This document shows, piece by piece, positions 11,501 through 43,770 of a DNA stretch of 64,000 bases; positions within the stretch are counted from its first letter, which is position 1; every line of letters begins with the position of its first letter. The position numbers were made by a program, and so were the translations under genes. Under the pieces are notes generated by a model. It ran no database searches and was not told where the DNA came from. It worked only from the letters and a program-made list of their open reading frames with translations. This stretch comes from Bugula neritina (Eukaryota; Animalia; Bryozoa): NCBI GenBank assembly GCA_964035545.1, contig OZ037771.1, positions 4,041,628 through 4,105,627 of the forward strand, given 5' to 3'.

Positions 11501-14500
11501 AAAGGGGTACGCCCTCTACTAGTGTATCTATGTAGCTGTAGTCTATAACTACTCTATATCTACTCTATAGCTACTCTATATCTACTCTATAACTACTCTG
11601 TATCTACTCTATAGCTACTCTATATCTACTCTATAGCTACTCTATAACTACTTGGTATCTATTCTATAACTACTCTATAACTACTCTATAACTACTCTAT
11701 AGCTACTCTATAGCTACTCTATAATATGCAGTACTTGTGATGTTTCGTGTCTATGGAGTTGACCCATATAAAGCTTGCACTGCGGGCAACTGTTAATTAC
11801 TTTTCATTGTATGAACTTTGCCATCTCAAAAACTTTCACCTCAATGATAATTTGTAGGCTAAATTATAAATTTATTCAGGCATCAACTGTTTTGGAACCT
11901 CACATTCAATAAATTTTCAAGTTAACTTTGGCGTTACTATGACCTTGAGAAAGTGGATGTACTGATCTCGTTGCAGATGACAGAACAGGAAATAGAAGCA
12001 GTTCTGGATAAGTGTATGGTGCTATTTAGATTCCTCCAAGAGAAGGATGTGTTTGAACGTTACTACAAACAGCATCTGGCCAAACGTCTCCTCCTAGACA
12101 AGAGCATGTCTGATGACTCCGAGAAAAACATGATCAGTAAACTAAAGGTGAGACTCTTTGCCTTTCAAAGGTTTGAAATTGTGTTTCTATGCTGAAAATA
12201 TTTTTTGATGTCATAAGAAAACTTGATATTACCACCGAGACGTATGCACCAGAAACATGGAGGCATTCTGGGAGATCAAGTTACATAGTTCAACAGTATT
12301 TGTTTGCCTTCTAGAATATGCTTTACAGTGTACAGAACACTGAGTTGCTTCAATTAATACATTGTAAACTTTAAAGAAAGGTATATTTAAACATAAAAAT
12401 TAAACCATAAAAATTAAAACTAGTGGAGCCCCTCCTTGTGGTACTGGCTTTATTGTTCATTACACATATATAAACCTGAGGCTCATAATATTCTATAAGT
12501 TTTCTTTATGGAGAATAAATTTTGTGCACTTGATTAGTCTCAATGTATTAAAAGTAGAGAGCAATTGTGACATCATTTATTATGACTCGATCGTGGGTTA
12601 TAAATTCTGTTTGTAATTATACTACATGACGATATATGATATATATAGCCTGTTCTATAATTCAGTTGTTATCTTCCCATGCTGCATGTTCTGTTCGCTA
12701 TGCTGACTTCTAACATGTTTATAATTACACTATGTATACTATTATGTATAACAAGTTCCACACTTGAGCTGCATATCCTGTTTCCTATGCTGACTTTGCT
12801 ATAAATTTCTCTGCTCGTGTATTCACAGACAGAGTGTGGCTGTCAGTTCACGTCTAAACTGGAGGGGATGTTCAAGGACATGTCCATATCCAACAGCACA
12901 ATGGAAGACTTCAAGACTCACTGTCACACGGCCGGCTCTGCGGAGACGGTGGGTAACCTGGATCTCATGGTCAGGGTGCTCACCACCGGCTTCTGGCCCA
13001 CCAACTCTGTCGCCAAGTGTATTCTACCAGCTTCCGCCAGTAAAGCATTTGAAGCCTTCTCCAGGTAGTCATCATTATAACTCAGGCTTGTCTGCTCTTT
13101 CGTTTCAACCTCAAGCTATGTCTTGTGCTCAAAAACATTTTATGGTTTCAAAGGAAAAGTAAGAGTTGTGTTTACCTATAGTTTTCTAGCAACTGATAAT
13201 AATCAACAAAATTGGTTGAGTTTTTTGTAGCAGTTGATTGTAGCAATGCTCATTGTGGAGTTATCCTTCTATGATTTTACCAATAATATCCCTTTTAGAC
13301 AAATAGCTATAATTATGAACCTATAATTTTTCACTTGAAAATTCAGCTGTTTATTGAATCTCAGATGATGATAAGCTGGAAAGTGGCATCTTTAGTGTAG
13401 TTTTGAAATGTTTGGCTTGGAGTTGTCTAACCAGCTGCGTCTACCTAGCTGTGTTTATAGTGACTTGCTTGTTCCTAGTTGCCAGTTGGGAAGCTGGACA
13501 ATTAGGTGTTAATCAGTACGTTTTCATGTGCTCCAAATTCAACGATACTTTCGGTTTTTAAATATTTTAGAAGTATAGCCTTAAGCACTGGATTTCATTA
13601 CACCATCTCCGGACACTACTACACAATACGTTGTGTCGTGTATAAACATTGTAATGTGGAGCTCTCCGGTGTATAGCTCTCAGCTGTAAGTGTTGTCTGT
13701 TTACTTCTACATATTCTTAGTGAGAATAAGTTAAATTGGAGTTACTCTCTCTTTACAGATTCTACCTTGGAAAGCATACTGGTAGACAGCTCACACTACA
13801 GTCTCATCTAGGAATGGCAGACTTGAATGCCATATTCTACGGTACTCCGTCGTCTCGCAGTAAAGACACGGCGTCAAACTCGTCACTCACATCACTGAAA
13901 CACTCGGACGGTAGAAAACATATACTTAGTGTGACCACCTACCAGATGTGCATACTTATGTTATTCAATTCTCGCACACAATGGACTTATGAAGATATGA
14001 AGAGCGAGACAGATATTCCCGACAAAGACCTAACTAGAGCCTTATTACCCTTGTCTATGGGAAAAGTGTCGCAACGGGTGCTCATTAAGGAACCCAAGTC
14101 TATGAATATAGAACCCACTCACGTCTTCTCTGTCAATGATAGCTTCCAATCCAAACTCTACAAGATCAAGATCTCCCCGCGTAAGTTGACCCCCCTCTCC
14201 CACACACACAGCATGTCATGAGATAATGGGCCTGGTTAACTTTTTGTACGAGTGATTATTTTTTGCAGTATTGAATGACACTTTATAGAATTTCTTTACA
14301 ACTATTTGCTGAGCATTTAAGGGAGTTATTTGCAAACCATGTTTAACATAGCGGATGTTGCATTTGTATATAATGTGATTTTGTATGATCTTCAAACTAA
14401 GTTGACTGATATAATATGACGGAGAATTCTGTCATTCTGCTGTTGTTAACATCTGACTAAAGATGAACTCTGAACTTTCTATGCAGTTGCTGCCAAGGGT

Positions 14501-15780
14501 GAGTCAGAACCTGAGAGGAAAGAAACTCGTATGAAAGTCGATGAAGATAGAAGATACGAAATAGAGGCTGCCATTGTACGAGTCATGAAGGCGAGGAAAA
14601 AGATGCAGGTATGTAATAAGTGGTGTGTGAAATCATTCCTCAGTTACTTGACTGGTGCTGGAGTTGCCTCGCCCTGTTTGTACTTATATGTATGGTGTAA
14701 TGGTTTGTATGTTGGAAACAATACACTCAGTTAACATGAAGTCCACTATGGGCTCGTCTCAGGAGAGGAATATTGCAACAAATCAATGCTCCTGTTGCCA
14801 TGCATTTGAATTCAGTCAAAATGGGATCTCGTCTAATAAATAATTCAGCGTTTTACATCAGATTTCACTGAATGCTGACGTATTGCCGTGAATGCTGACC
14901 ATATGTTGCTGACATTCAGCTCTTCAGATCAATAACCTTACTACTCTAGAGGTATGCATATCATCTCCTCTTTTGTTTCAGCATAATATTCTCATAACAG
15001 AAGTGACTGAACAGTTGAAGTCTCGGTTTATGCCCAGTCCTACGGTCATCAAGAAGAGAATTGAAGGTCTGATAGACAGAGATTACTTGGCACGCAGCCA
15101 AGAGGACATGTAAGTCACCCAACATCATCACCCCGGTAGCCTTAGTACCAGGTTTACACTGTGTGGTTAATAGCCATTGTACCAACGCACACAATGCGCA
15201 GTGAAATCTTACCCAAATCCAGTTCGAAGTTTTGCAATAAGTGTTGAAAAAAAAAACATAAAATGCGAAAACGCCCAGTGTTTGTTAAGGTGTTACGAGG
15301 TTCTCAGGCGTTTGACTGGCCCCAACTCCAGGGCACAGTCTTGCACCACTAAGTATCTGCTAAGTAGTTAAAAAAGCTGAAGATGCATGAACACCTGAGT
15401 GTCTTATTTGTTTGGGTGTCTTTAGGTATAATGTGCATTTCTTAGCAAAGACATAGTTATGTAAGAAGTATCTGTTTTGGTTCGTAACTGTAGCATCTCA
15501 AAAAGTAAATTCAAACTATTATGAGGTTAAAAAGGTTGTTTCCTTTTTGCACTTGGTAATTTTGTAGTTGCAGGGTTTACATGCAGCTCAGAGAGTTTAG
15601 CTGAGAGTAAAATAACAAACCTTGGTGCATAAATGATTAATAACCAATCACCTGAGAGCAACTGGTAGCTATGGAGTGTTTTATCTCGTATATTGTGACA
15701 TACTTGGTGTCATCTATTGCTCTACTGCTTACCATCATATGTCGTTGTGTTGTAGCAAGACGTACACATACGTGGCATAA
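5587..15780 (+). CDS. CUL3: Cullin-3 (CRL3 E3 ubiquitin ligase scaffold), 14 coding exons
   Basis: Exons 5587-5643, 5859-6056, 6585-6698, 8369-8529, 9374-9488, 9978-10157, 10840-11031, 11330-11506, 11977-12147, 12829-13064, 13759-14180, 14487-14608, 14982-15109, 15756-15780. Motifs [52 protein letters not shown], neddylation region IVRVMKARK and C-terminal YTYVA* match CUL3. Confidence 0.97.
6683..7939 (+). repeat. Minisatellite of 25-29-nt units (core TACTCATGTACATG|GTAAGT) that reiterates the CUL3 exon 3 splice donor, 45 units
   Basis: I counted 45 GTAAGT donor motifs from 6699 (the real donor) to 7923. The first unit overlaps the coding end of exon 3 (ILMYM). Confidence 0.97.
11543..11723 (+). 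repeat. 11-nt minisatellite (CTACTCTATAN)n, about 16 copies, in CUL3 intron 8
   Basis: Directly visible tandem ctactctata(a/t/g), starting about 35 nt after the exon 8 donor. Confidence 0.9.
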
Positions 15781-16285
15781 GGCCACAGGTGACCTGCTGC
15801 TACCACTAGTATTGTCTGGAATTGCTCACCTCCTCCTTATGTATATGGAGTATCCTCCCTCTCTCAGCTACTACACTCCTCCTACTCTGCCACACTCATC
15901 CAATGAGTTGTCCTTTCTCAACTAAATACACGCTGAAAAATTCCTCCATCTCGTTTCTATTTCATACATTCAACTTGTTAGATGCACAAAAATAGAAAAA
16001 TATAATTTTATTTCTATAAGTATGCTATTTATCTTCACATTTTATTATTATGATACTCTATCATGTTTAAATAGCAATTGATAACTAGTACCTAGTTGCG
16101 CCTCTAATCAGCATTATTGTTCTCTTAGAGGTATACAGTTTTTGGTAGGTCTTATAAATTGCTTTCCATTTGAAAATAAACAATGAAATCCGAAGCAAGC
16201 TATAAGTTCTGTCTTTTTGGTCCTAAATGTAGTCTCGCAGTTAAGAATTAATATCACAGTATACATGAAAACTAAAACAAGATTC

Positions 16286-19200
16286 TCAACTAGACACATG
16301 TTTCTGGTTGCATATAGAGAGTAAGTTTTGTGGCAGTCGTTTCTCGGGCCGAATGGTGAAGTATTGGGAAAGGCGGTGGCGTCTCTTGGGTCTACTAACT
16401 TGGCGGTATCGTAGTTTAGCCTTGTACGCGTGGTCTGTGTCAGATGTGTAGTTTCCACACATGTAGCAGTATACCAACTCTTTCTTCTGCTCTATTGCCT
16501 TTATCCTCTTTTTAATCTGCAAAAACATGCTGGTAGAGTAGAGTTTGATGCATTACAACACATTTCCCACTAACTGAGATGAATGGCTGTACAGTATGGG
16601 GATTGAAGTGGTTGGAGACAGTATTGTGAAATTTTATATATAAAATAACTTGAAGAGTCATAAACATTTGAACCCTGCCAAGACATTAAGTGAGGGAGGA
16701 GAAAAATTTAGGCTAGAGTCGCTGGTGGTGACATGAAGGGCATCAGCTCGCAATTGCCTCTTACTCTGTAGCTGCATATTGCCAACATGGAAAATTTACA
16801 GTCATCTGCTTAAACTAGTATTGTACCTGCAAATGAATGTTGGTACTAAACGCTAGCTGTTTTTAAAGTACAAGAGGAGATGATAACACGACAGCTGCCA
16901 GAAGGGGTGTCGAGAGAGTACATACCTTGGGTAAATAGATATTCTTGAGTGGTATACTGGCATACGGAGTATCAATTAGATTGTAATGTATTCTATGCCT
17001 TCCATTGGGTAACTTGGTTTTTGCTGGTTTCCGTTTAACCTTGACCTTAATCTGTGACTTTGCAATGCTTTCCAACTCATCTTTAGAAGCAGTTCCTCTT
17101 CCTGAATCTGCTTCTTCCATATCTAAAAATCAGGACAAATCCTTAAAGAATTCTAAAGATATAGCAGTGTTGCATCGTGCATTCTTGGTTACTGCGAGTT
17201 TTGAGCATGTGGGAGTTGTAACATGTTAGTATGAGCTGATGGTAGGAGCAAGAGAGATTAAAGCTGTAGAAGGAAGAGCTTGACAAGTATTGACAATAGC
17301 TACTATTATGAATCGTGCTCTAATTTTAGTATAGTTTAGCTCCATGCACATGATATAACTATTAACTCCAAATTAGAAAATATTATGTGGCCATAAGTGA
17401 CTATTTTGATGTATTTACTGACCTGAGTGTTCGCTGTTAGGCTGTTTTTCACCGAGCTCGAGATACAACTCCGAACACTGTCTACACAAAGACTGCATAT
17501 CTTCATCTTCCAGTGCTGTAATATTTATATTATATACACATGTGAGTAGATATGCATATACTGTATATATATTCGTTTTTTCGAATTTTGGTAAAATACT
17601 ACTACATGTGCTACTACCTAAAAGTCCATATCCTAAACTCTAGAAGATCGATTTTATCTAGCATGTGAAGTTTGGATTTCATGTAGCAGACAAACTGTGA
17701 AATTATTATAAGACTGCTGTATAGATGAATAAGTTACAGAATGTAACACTGATGGGAACAACCCTAATCATTGAAGAAGTAGCCTGTAGCTGTGATAGTG
17801 GGAAGGCATCTCTTCAAACACACCATTTGCTATTTACCTAATTGATCATCTTGATCCGACTGTGGACTGTTTGGCGGGATCTCTGAATCAGTTCCCTCTT
17901 CTGAATTAGCTTCTGGCGTTTTCAGGGGAGGGGGAGTAATGGTTTCCTCTTGCTCATGGGCTTTAAGGTAGGGAGAAGGTGGAGGTGAAATAACCTGATG
18001 ATCTTCATGGAAAGGAGAGGGTGGGATTGGGGTTAGCCCATTCTCTAACTCTTCACCTTTAAGAAAAGGAGAGGGTGGGATGGAGGTAAGCCCGTTCTCT
18101 AACTCTTCACCTTTAAGAAAAGAAGAGGGTGGGATGGGGGTAAGCCCGTTCTCTAACTCTTCACCTCTAAGAAAAGGAGAGGGTACTTCTTCCTACAACA
18201 GTAGAAACCACCTTTAACTGTTTTGCTCTCATCAGTAATTTCATAGTAATTATATCTGAATCTTCAGTTGTGTTCAGTTTTTACAAACATGAATATTTGA
18301 CAATATGTGATAAAAATAGATCCAGTATATGCTAATTATTAGTAACATAAATTGGAAGACAGTGATATGCACAGAGCAAAAGAAATTGTGAAAAAGGTGA
18401 GACAAGGTCAACTGGGTGTCAGATTAGTGTTGGTAAGTTCTGAGTCATAAAGTAAATTACCCTCTCGCTATCAGTTTCATCATCACTGCTGCCGGTCGCT
18501 ATTGGAAACTGTCGTTTTGATAATGGCTTGTCATCTAATTTTTCTGCTCCATCTTCTGCTGTCTGGTCATCATCAGATTCTTCTTGGAGGTAGTGAAGAA
18601 ATTGATTAAATGCTTGAATGTCTAAATAAAATAATTACAGTCATTAGCATTCCAATAGATAAATTTGATACATTTTCAATATACTTACGTAAATAGTGTG
18701 TTGCTTGTTAATCATTGAGTAATTTGCAAATAAAAGTTTGCTATTTACACATTGATACCTACAAATTGAAATTGCAAAAAGCGCATTTGAGTTAGTTTAT
18801 TGTTTTGCAGGACAAAGGCGTGTAGTTGTCAATATTTTAAAAACATTTTGTACTCTTTAATCGAAATCTCGTGATAAGCTGCAATATCGGCAGCTTCTAT
18901 TGAAAGTGTCTTTATGTATTGATAAACATAGACTTTTGACAACTGATGAAATTAGAATTTACGGTTCAAACAGCAAACTTTTACCATTATGGTCAATTGA
19001 AACATTCACTACATATCATCTTTATCTTTAGCCTAAGGAAACAATTATTTATTGAAGTAATATAGTTCAGCACACCTTTCTACATTTCCGAAACATCATG
19101 CTTTAAAACATTTTTCAGGATAGAATTTTAATTGTGAAGCTTAAAATTATAATAAAAGCATTTCCTAAAAAACTGTTGAAACTTTTTATAATGCATTTTG

Positions 19201-20163
19201 ATCCAAACAATCAATAAGCCACCTTTAATAGTTACAATATTTCCATTAGATGTTTTTAGCACTCACCGCTGTTAGCTTCCAGTTCATCGTCAGCTCGATT
19301 CAGTACTCTGCTAGTTCTATACCGTGCTGAGTTCTCATTTCCTGTCTTATGCAGCTGCTTTTTTGACATTTCACTGATGAACTTTATCATTGAGAATTTT
19401 GCTGATGGTCTACGGTTAAAATTTTCTTCTTTTCTGTAAAACTATGCACATTAGAATTTCTTATGAAAAGAAACTTTGTTAGAATAATGATGGTAGCAAA
19501 TACAGCATGTAAATACCCAAAGTATACTGAAGTAAACTAATAGACTATAAATGGAAATATGTGTAACAGTATATTGAGGCATTTAATAATGCCTATGGTG
19601 TGGTTTAGACTTTAGACAACTGCTATGTTATATAACAGTATAGAAAGAGCCGCATTTTACCAGCAAAATAATCTTAAAAGTGGAAAGATAATTAATGAAG
19701 GGCCTACCAACAGCCCAGCCACACAGCCTGTACCGTACCGATGTATGTTTTAAAGACAGTCACTAAGTTTTCAAGCTTGCATAATTCAAAGGAATTTTTA
19801 TTCATGTTTGAAAACAGTAACACCGAATGAAACCCCAACCATAAGTTAATACAAACCGCAATCACAAATTCATCTGTAGGAGAATCCATTAGAATAACTC
19901 AAAACCATGGAAAAGCAATGATGCTAAGCTAAGCAGATGCTACAAGCTATCTGGTGTAAGTGTGCTGTACTTACATCAGTAGAGTAAGTATAATACACTT
20001 ACTTCTCTGATGGCACAGATGTAGAGAGTCTTGCCGTCTGCAAGCTTGTAAACTTGTCATTGCTGACTCCTTCCTCAGATTTCAATTTTGCAGATTTTCG
20101 TTTCGATCTTTTTATTCTGTCAGCTAATGAAGATCTAGAGTCTGATTCACTTTTTAGCGACAT
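16286..20163 (-). CDS. Unidentified 454-aa low-complexity protein with internal 18-aa repeats, 7 coding exons
   Basis: Exons on -: 20163-20003, 19433-19267, 18621-18461, 18192-17838, 17515-17423, 17122-16926, 16516-16286. All are GT-AG, phases chain 2,1,0,1,1,0, total 1365 nt with no internal stop, and there is an in-frame TGA just upstream of the ATG. Mostly missed by the ORF track. Confidence 0.75.
18011..18184 (-). repeat. Coding 54-bp tandem repeat (PSPFLKGEELENGLTPIP), about 3 copies
   Basis: Three near-identical 54-nt units in frame within exon 4 of the 454-aa gene. Confidence 0.85.
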
Positions 20164-22089
20164 TTTACAGTCTTGTCATACACTGTTCTGAATGCAAACT
20201 GAAATATGTAGAAATTATTGAAACTCCCAAGAATGTTTTTTGCTCATAAACCGATACTATTCTGCCAGTTATTTAAACTACTTTTCTGTTTACATTGAAT
20301 ATATTGGTACGCATAAAAATATAGATACAGGTATGTATATTACACAGGTATCATACAGATACTACACATGAAAGTAAATGTTAAACAAAAGATAGCATAA
20401 TTTATGAGATATGTAGGATATGTGGTGTCACTATTATCATTCTAATATTTTAAGATTTAAATGTTGGAGAATATATTGATTAGTGTAATTATATTCTCAT
20501 TTAAGCAATTAACACATTTTTGTTGTATTTGTTCACAGTGTAAACATAGTCAATTTAACGTCTTATTCTTCTAACATATGCCTGACAACAGCATTGCATA
20601 GACATGGAGACTTGCATACACAGCATGTGCTGACACACAGTCATATATACCTCAAATGTCTATGTCTATGCTTACACAGCTTTTCTTTCCCTTCTCTAAT
20701 CAATAACTAAGTTAGTTAACAACTTGTAGAGCAAACTTTGTTTTTGATGAACATGTAAGCTAAAGAACTATGTTAAACATAAGTATGTCAAGTCTTCAAG
20801 TATGATTATTAGACACAAACCTGTATATATATAACCTAACATTATGAGCAACTAAAACTTTTACCAATTTCTATAAAACTTACCTGCTAAAACTTACCTA
20901 TCCCATAATTAGTAAAGGTGACATTAATAAATGTTTTGTAGCAGAAAAGTAAAAACACAGAGCTAAAAGCCTTTATTTTGGAGTAGCTATTACAGGTACT
21001 TGCAAAGTACATGCTGCTCAGTGCTAAATTTTAGTAAAAAAAACATTATTGAATTATTCTGTATGGATAGTATAGAATGACCATTCCTCTCCCCCCCCCC
21101 CTCCAAAAAGTTATTTGATGCACAATCTTATTATTATTATATCAGTTTATTTCAGAGTATAAAGTATTAGTGTTTATAGTAGGCTATTAGTATAGCAGTG
21201 GCTGTATACATACAGGTGCATATCCCCCAGACTATTATCTAATATGGGTTTCCCTAACACTAAACTATTTATTGCGTAGTTTGCATTGATAGTTTAAAAC
21301 TATGAATTTTTAGCAGTTCAAGAAAAAACTTAAAAAATCATAAAGTCAAAATTATCTTATAATGTACGTATATAATATAATCACTCTTTCCTCCAATATC
21401 TTTCAAAGTCCTATAAACTGTTATTATTAAATTATTTATGTAATTTAGGTAGATTTCGATTCCATTTAGGCTCGGCAATTTTGAGTTTAAGTGTTTAAAA
21501 TGTAAAAACAAGTTTACAGTTGAAAATCATTATCAAAGCAGAAAAGTTTTAAAAAACTAACTAAGCTTTTTCTCAAATATTAAAGCTGATGTTATTAGAA
21601 GATACTATAATATTATGCCAACACTCTTACACCTTGCTAGAGTACACTCTACATACCTCTCATTCGATGCTATATACACAATTCCCGTAGAACTAATGGC
21701 AGTATCCTTCAACTCTCTCTTGTGTAAAGCTCGCACTATAAATTATTGAAACAATCACTAAGTAACACAAATGGCGGTTTTTTAGTTCATATAGTTTGTT
21801 ATTCATCTAATAGAATGGTTCTTTGTTGGAGTTGCCTTAATGCATTGCTCAACCAGCATTTTTATATAATATCATGTTATTGATCTGGAAGTAGGTACTC
21901 TAAATGGATCTTTTATATGAAATGCCTACAGCAATTACCTTTTAGAATGTCCAATTAAAGTTACACTCATTATCAATGTAATTATTACTTTATAATATGA
22001 GTGAGAAGTCATTGTTTAGATGAGGCAGCTCTTGATATGACCTTGACACTGTCACAGCAACCGGTCTAGCTAACATTTTTGTTCTGTGG

Positions 22090-22094
<5 letters not shown>

Positions 22095-22178
<84 letters not shown>
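22095..22178. repeat. (TA)n microsatellite
   Basis: About 42 perfect TA units. Confidence 0.97.
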
Positions 22179-22180
<2 letters not shown>

Positions 22181-22387
22181 GTAAATATAATATATTTTTA
22201 TTGAAACAAATTATTTTTTTATATTAAAATAATTACCTATAGATATGCTTCTTAGCCTAATTTAACTCTTACATGATATTCAATGGATTAACACTATCCT
22301 TGTGAGAATCCTTAATGGAAAAGGATGTTTTAAGCTCAGGTCTTGTTTTCTATTAATGAATTCCCTTCCCAACATCACCAATGTCCT

Positions 22388-22456
22388 TTATTGAGATTTA
22401 AACCACGGTCCTTGTGTTTACCAACCCAATGTTTCAACCACTAGACAGTAGCTGCT
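22388..22456 (-). mobile_element. Degenerate tRNA-derived (SINE-like) element copy
   Basis: Minus strand reads agcagctactgtctagtggttgaaacattgggttggtaaacacaaggaccgtggtttaaatctc, weakly similar to the other copies (A-box-like and B-box-like segments). Confidence 0.4.
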
Positions 22457-24939
22457 CCTTATGCCAACGACATATCAATGGGTATATTATGTTGTGTACA
22501 CACTGTTAGTAAACTCTTCCAGCAAGCTCACGCAGCAAACTGTTCGTTTCTACAATCATCATGCTTAGCTTTCTGTTACAATGAAACTAACACAAGTGCT
22601 GCACTCATAGCAACAAACTACAGAGCTCTAAAAATAATCTCCACATCTCAACAGTCAGGTCTGTGTTGCAATGTAAATCAGTGAGATTATTGTTGTATAA
22701 ATAACTATTTAATGCAACATTATGTAATTTAATCTTTTGATTCTACTTTCCAAAGTAATTTTTCAATTCTATTTTTTTGCAGTTTTGTTCATACCTCCAA
22801 CTTCTGAATAATTGAGAAGTAGTCATGTGACTAGTATCTCTAACACTTACAATAATGGAGGACAACTCCAATACAATAATGAATGTTGCTGGAAAAACTC
22901 TCTCTGCAAGAAAGCAATATGGAAGAACGTTAAGAATATTCCAGTTGATACTGATGTAATCATATGCAATACAACTGTGCTTTATAGCCTACAGTTTGGA
23001 TTCCGCTATGTATGTCAACTGGAATAGTTTACTTGGATGTTATTAAATGGCGAACTACAAAGGCAGTACCAGCATATCCTAAAGTTAGTCTATTCTCACC
23101 ATCTTATCATCTCAACAGATTAAACATAAGCTCAAGTAAGACATTTCATAAAACTCATTCAATACCAGTGGAGTCCGGGTTTATCACGTGTCCAACATAT
23201 TGAAGTCGTCAAAACTTTATCTAAGAAAGTATTTTACAAGAAAAACCTTTCAATCTCCTAAAGGTAAGTGAAAATATGTTATAATAATCTTTCTCATCAC
23301 TTTGCTGCTTAGTATAAGCTATCTACATCAATACTGATAGAAATAATGTTTTATCACCAAAATGAATTGTTCTTAAATTAAATAATAAAACTATTGTTAA
23401 GAATAATTTGCACAGCAAAATTTATTTCTCAGTAATTTAATTCTTACTCCTATTATAAGTACATTTAGAAAGTATTAACACTTAATCAAGACAATTGAAA
23501 CATTTAATACATTTTCTATATAATCAATATTTTTGCTTAGATCATTAGTTTGGAACCTTAAAAAAATAAAAACTTCATGTAAAATAAAATGAAACTGTCA
23601 GAAAGGTTCCAATCATTATAATACTACACATAATAATATTCTCAACTGATTACAATGTTATAACCAATCTTGCTAGAACTGCATACAACAAAATTATAAG
23701 AGGTTTTTTAATCCTTTATTAGTTTCAATACTTGCTATACCTAGCAGGATATTTGTAGTATTAGCACTAGAAAACCTGTACAATGATTTAACAAAATAAC
23801 TGCTTTATGTAACACTTACTGCTAGTAAGTTTTAGCTTCTTTTCATATAGTGTGTTTGAAATATCGTGAAATAATATTTTCCAAACTATGCTACTGTGTA
23901 ATTTCAAATTCTTGATCTTACATATTGAGGCAGAGTTTAACTTCATTTGCTAAAATATAAATAGAAATTCACATATGCATTTATAGTAGTTCACCAATCA
24001 TTTAATTATGTAATATTCACAATAGTCGTTTTACACTGCAGTTGTTTTGGTTAATGCCACACAATCTCCTTTATTACTAATAAATGTCCTTTTGAGATGC
24101 AACACTATATTTATTACTTAGTTAAGATCTATTAAAACACACATATATATAAGGATAACTACTTCAGGTTTTGTAGCAGACAATCATAATATATATAATG
24201 AAATAATATATAATATAATAAGAATATAATAATTTATCAATAGTCCAGTTTTAAATTTTTACATAACTTGATCATGTTCAAACAGGAGTCCTGGTAACAT
24301 TATAATTGCCGTAGCAATAAGGTCTATAGTGATTGGTTTGACCACAAACCGCATGACTTCTCTCTGCTATGTACAAGCTATGTAATATTACGTCAACACA
24401 TATGCTGATAACGCCATGCTGGTAGATTAAACTAATCAGCTATATTCTTGCTTCCTGTAGCCATATATGCAGGCGTGTGAACTTCATGTGCCATCATATA
24501 TTTAAAGAAAACTTAGTTTGATGTCCTGTCAGCTTTACCGAATGAGTAGCTTTCAATCCCTTATGAGAAAATGCTTTCGCAAACTTATAGACTAATTCTT
24601 ATAGTTTAAAAATCTAGCAACGCATTTTGAGGATAACCTTTAGTAGCAAAAGTTAAAAAACTTTAGTCGTTGCAATTTTAGTATGCTTTAAAAACTTTGT
24701 TCAAGCAATGCTATTATTGCTTTTTAGTGCATTTTTTCTTGAAATTTAGCTTTACTAGTGTTAAGATGCAAAAAGCTGATTGATATAATGAGTCATAATT
24801 GATGAGTCATGTTTATTGAAGAAAAATTTAAGAAGTTCTTTTTTTCATTTTCTTGTCAATTGCTACACATCTGCAACATTTTACTTATAGTATATGTTTA
24901 TTTGTATATATTTATTGCATAATAGAACAAGAATATACC

Positions 24940-43086
<18,147 letters not shown>

Positions 43087-43770
43087 CTTAGTACTAGCAG
43101 TTGAGTCAAGGGCACATAACTCTGCTAACAGAAGGTGTGGTATGGTAGTTGCATGTACATAATATGTGTTTTTATTAAACCTATACCAATATTCTCTTCA
43201 CCAATCTAGGACACTTCTAAATATCAACCATATGATATTATCATGTTGCATATGTTCATTCCAAATCGTATCACATTGGCTTTAAATTAAATAAATATGT
43301 TTATTTGCAAAAAAAATGGCATATACTTTAAATAATAAGATAGTTATCTAAGAGTATAATTAATAATGGTATTATTTTAAAACATGTAGCATTTGGTATA
43401 TTGTACAAGATATTATAAGTTATCCTAATAAACACACTCATATGCCACTAAAAACTGTATGTTCCACAAATGGTCAAAAATGTTTGTAAAAAGCGACAAT
43501 TTCACTAAAATTGGGCATTCAACACAATGTTGTGTCTTTAAATGAAAGATTAACTTATTCAATTAAAAATGATTAAATTAAACTTGGGCTATTAATTTTA
43601 CTAATTTTTATGAATCAAGCCCCATGAAAGCCCTATCAAGACCTTTCTAAAACTCAATCATGCTGAATAATACACAATGAGTCATAGATGACAACAACTC
43701 AGTGTAACTCCTGACTGATGACCTGTTTGAATGTGCTAGAACATGCTAGAATGTGCTAGAATGCCGTGGG

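Noticed and set aside
12680-12800. Short diverged duplication (gctgcat...ctatgctgactt) near the CUL3 exon 10 acceptor
   Set aside because: Similarity fades before the splice site, so I did not count it as junction-spanning.
18689-18758. Possible extra 70-nt exon of the minus-strand gene (AG...GTAAGT)
   Set aside because: Its only open frame is phase-incompatible with the flanking exons, which join cleanly without it.
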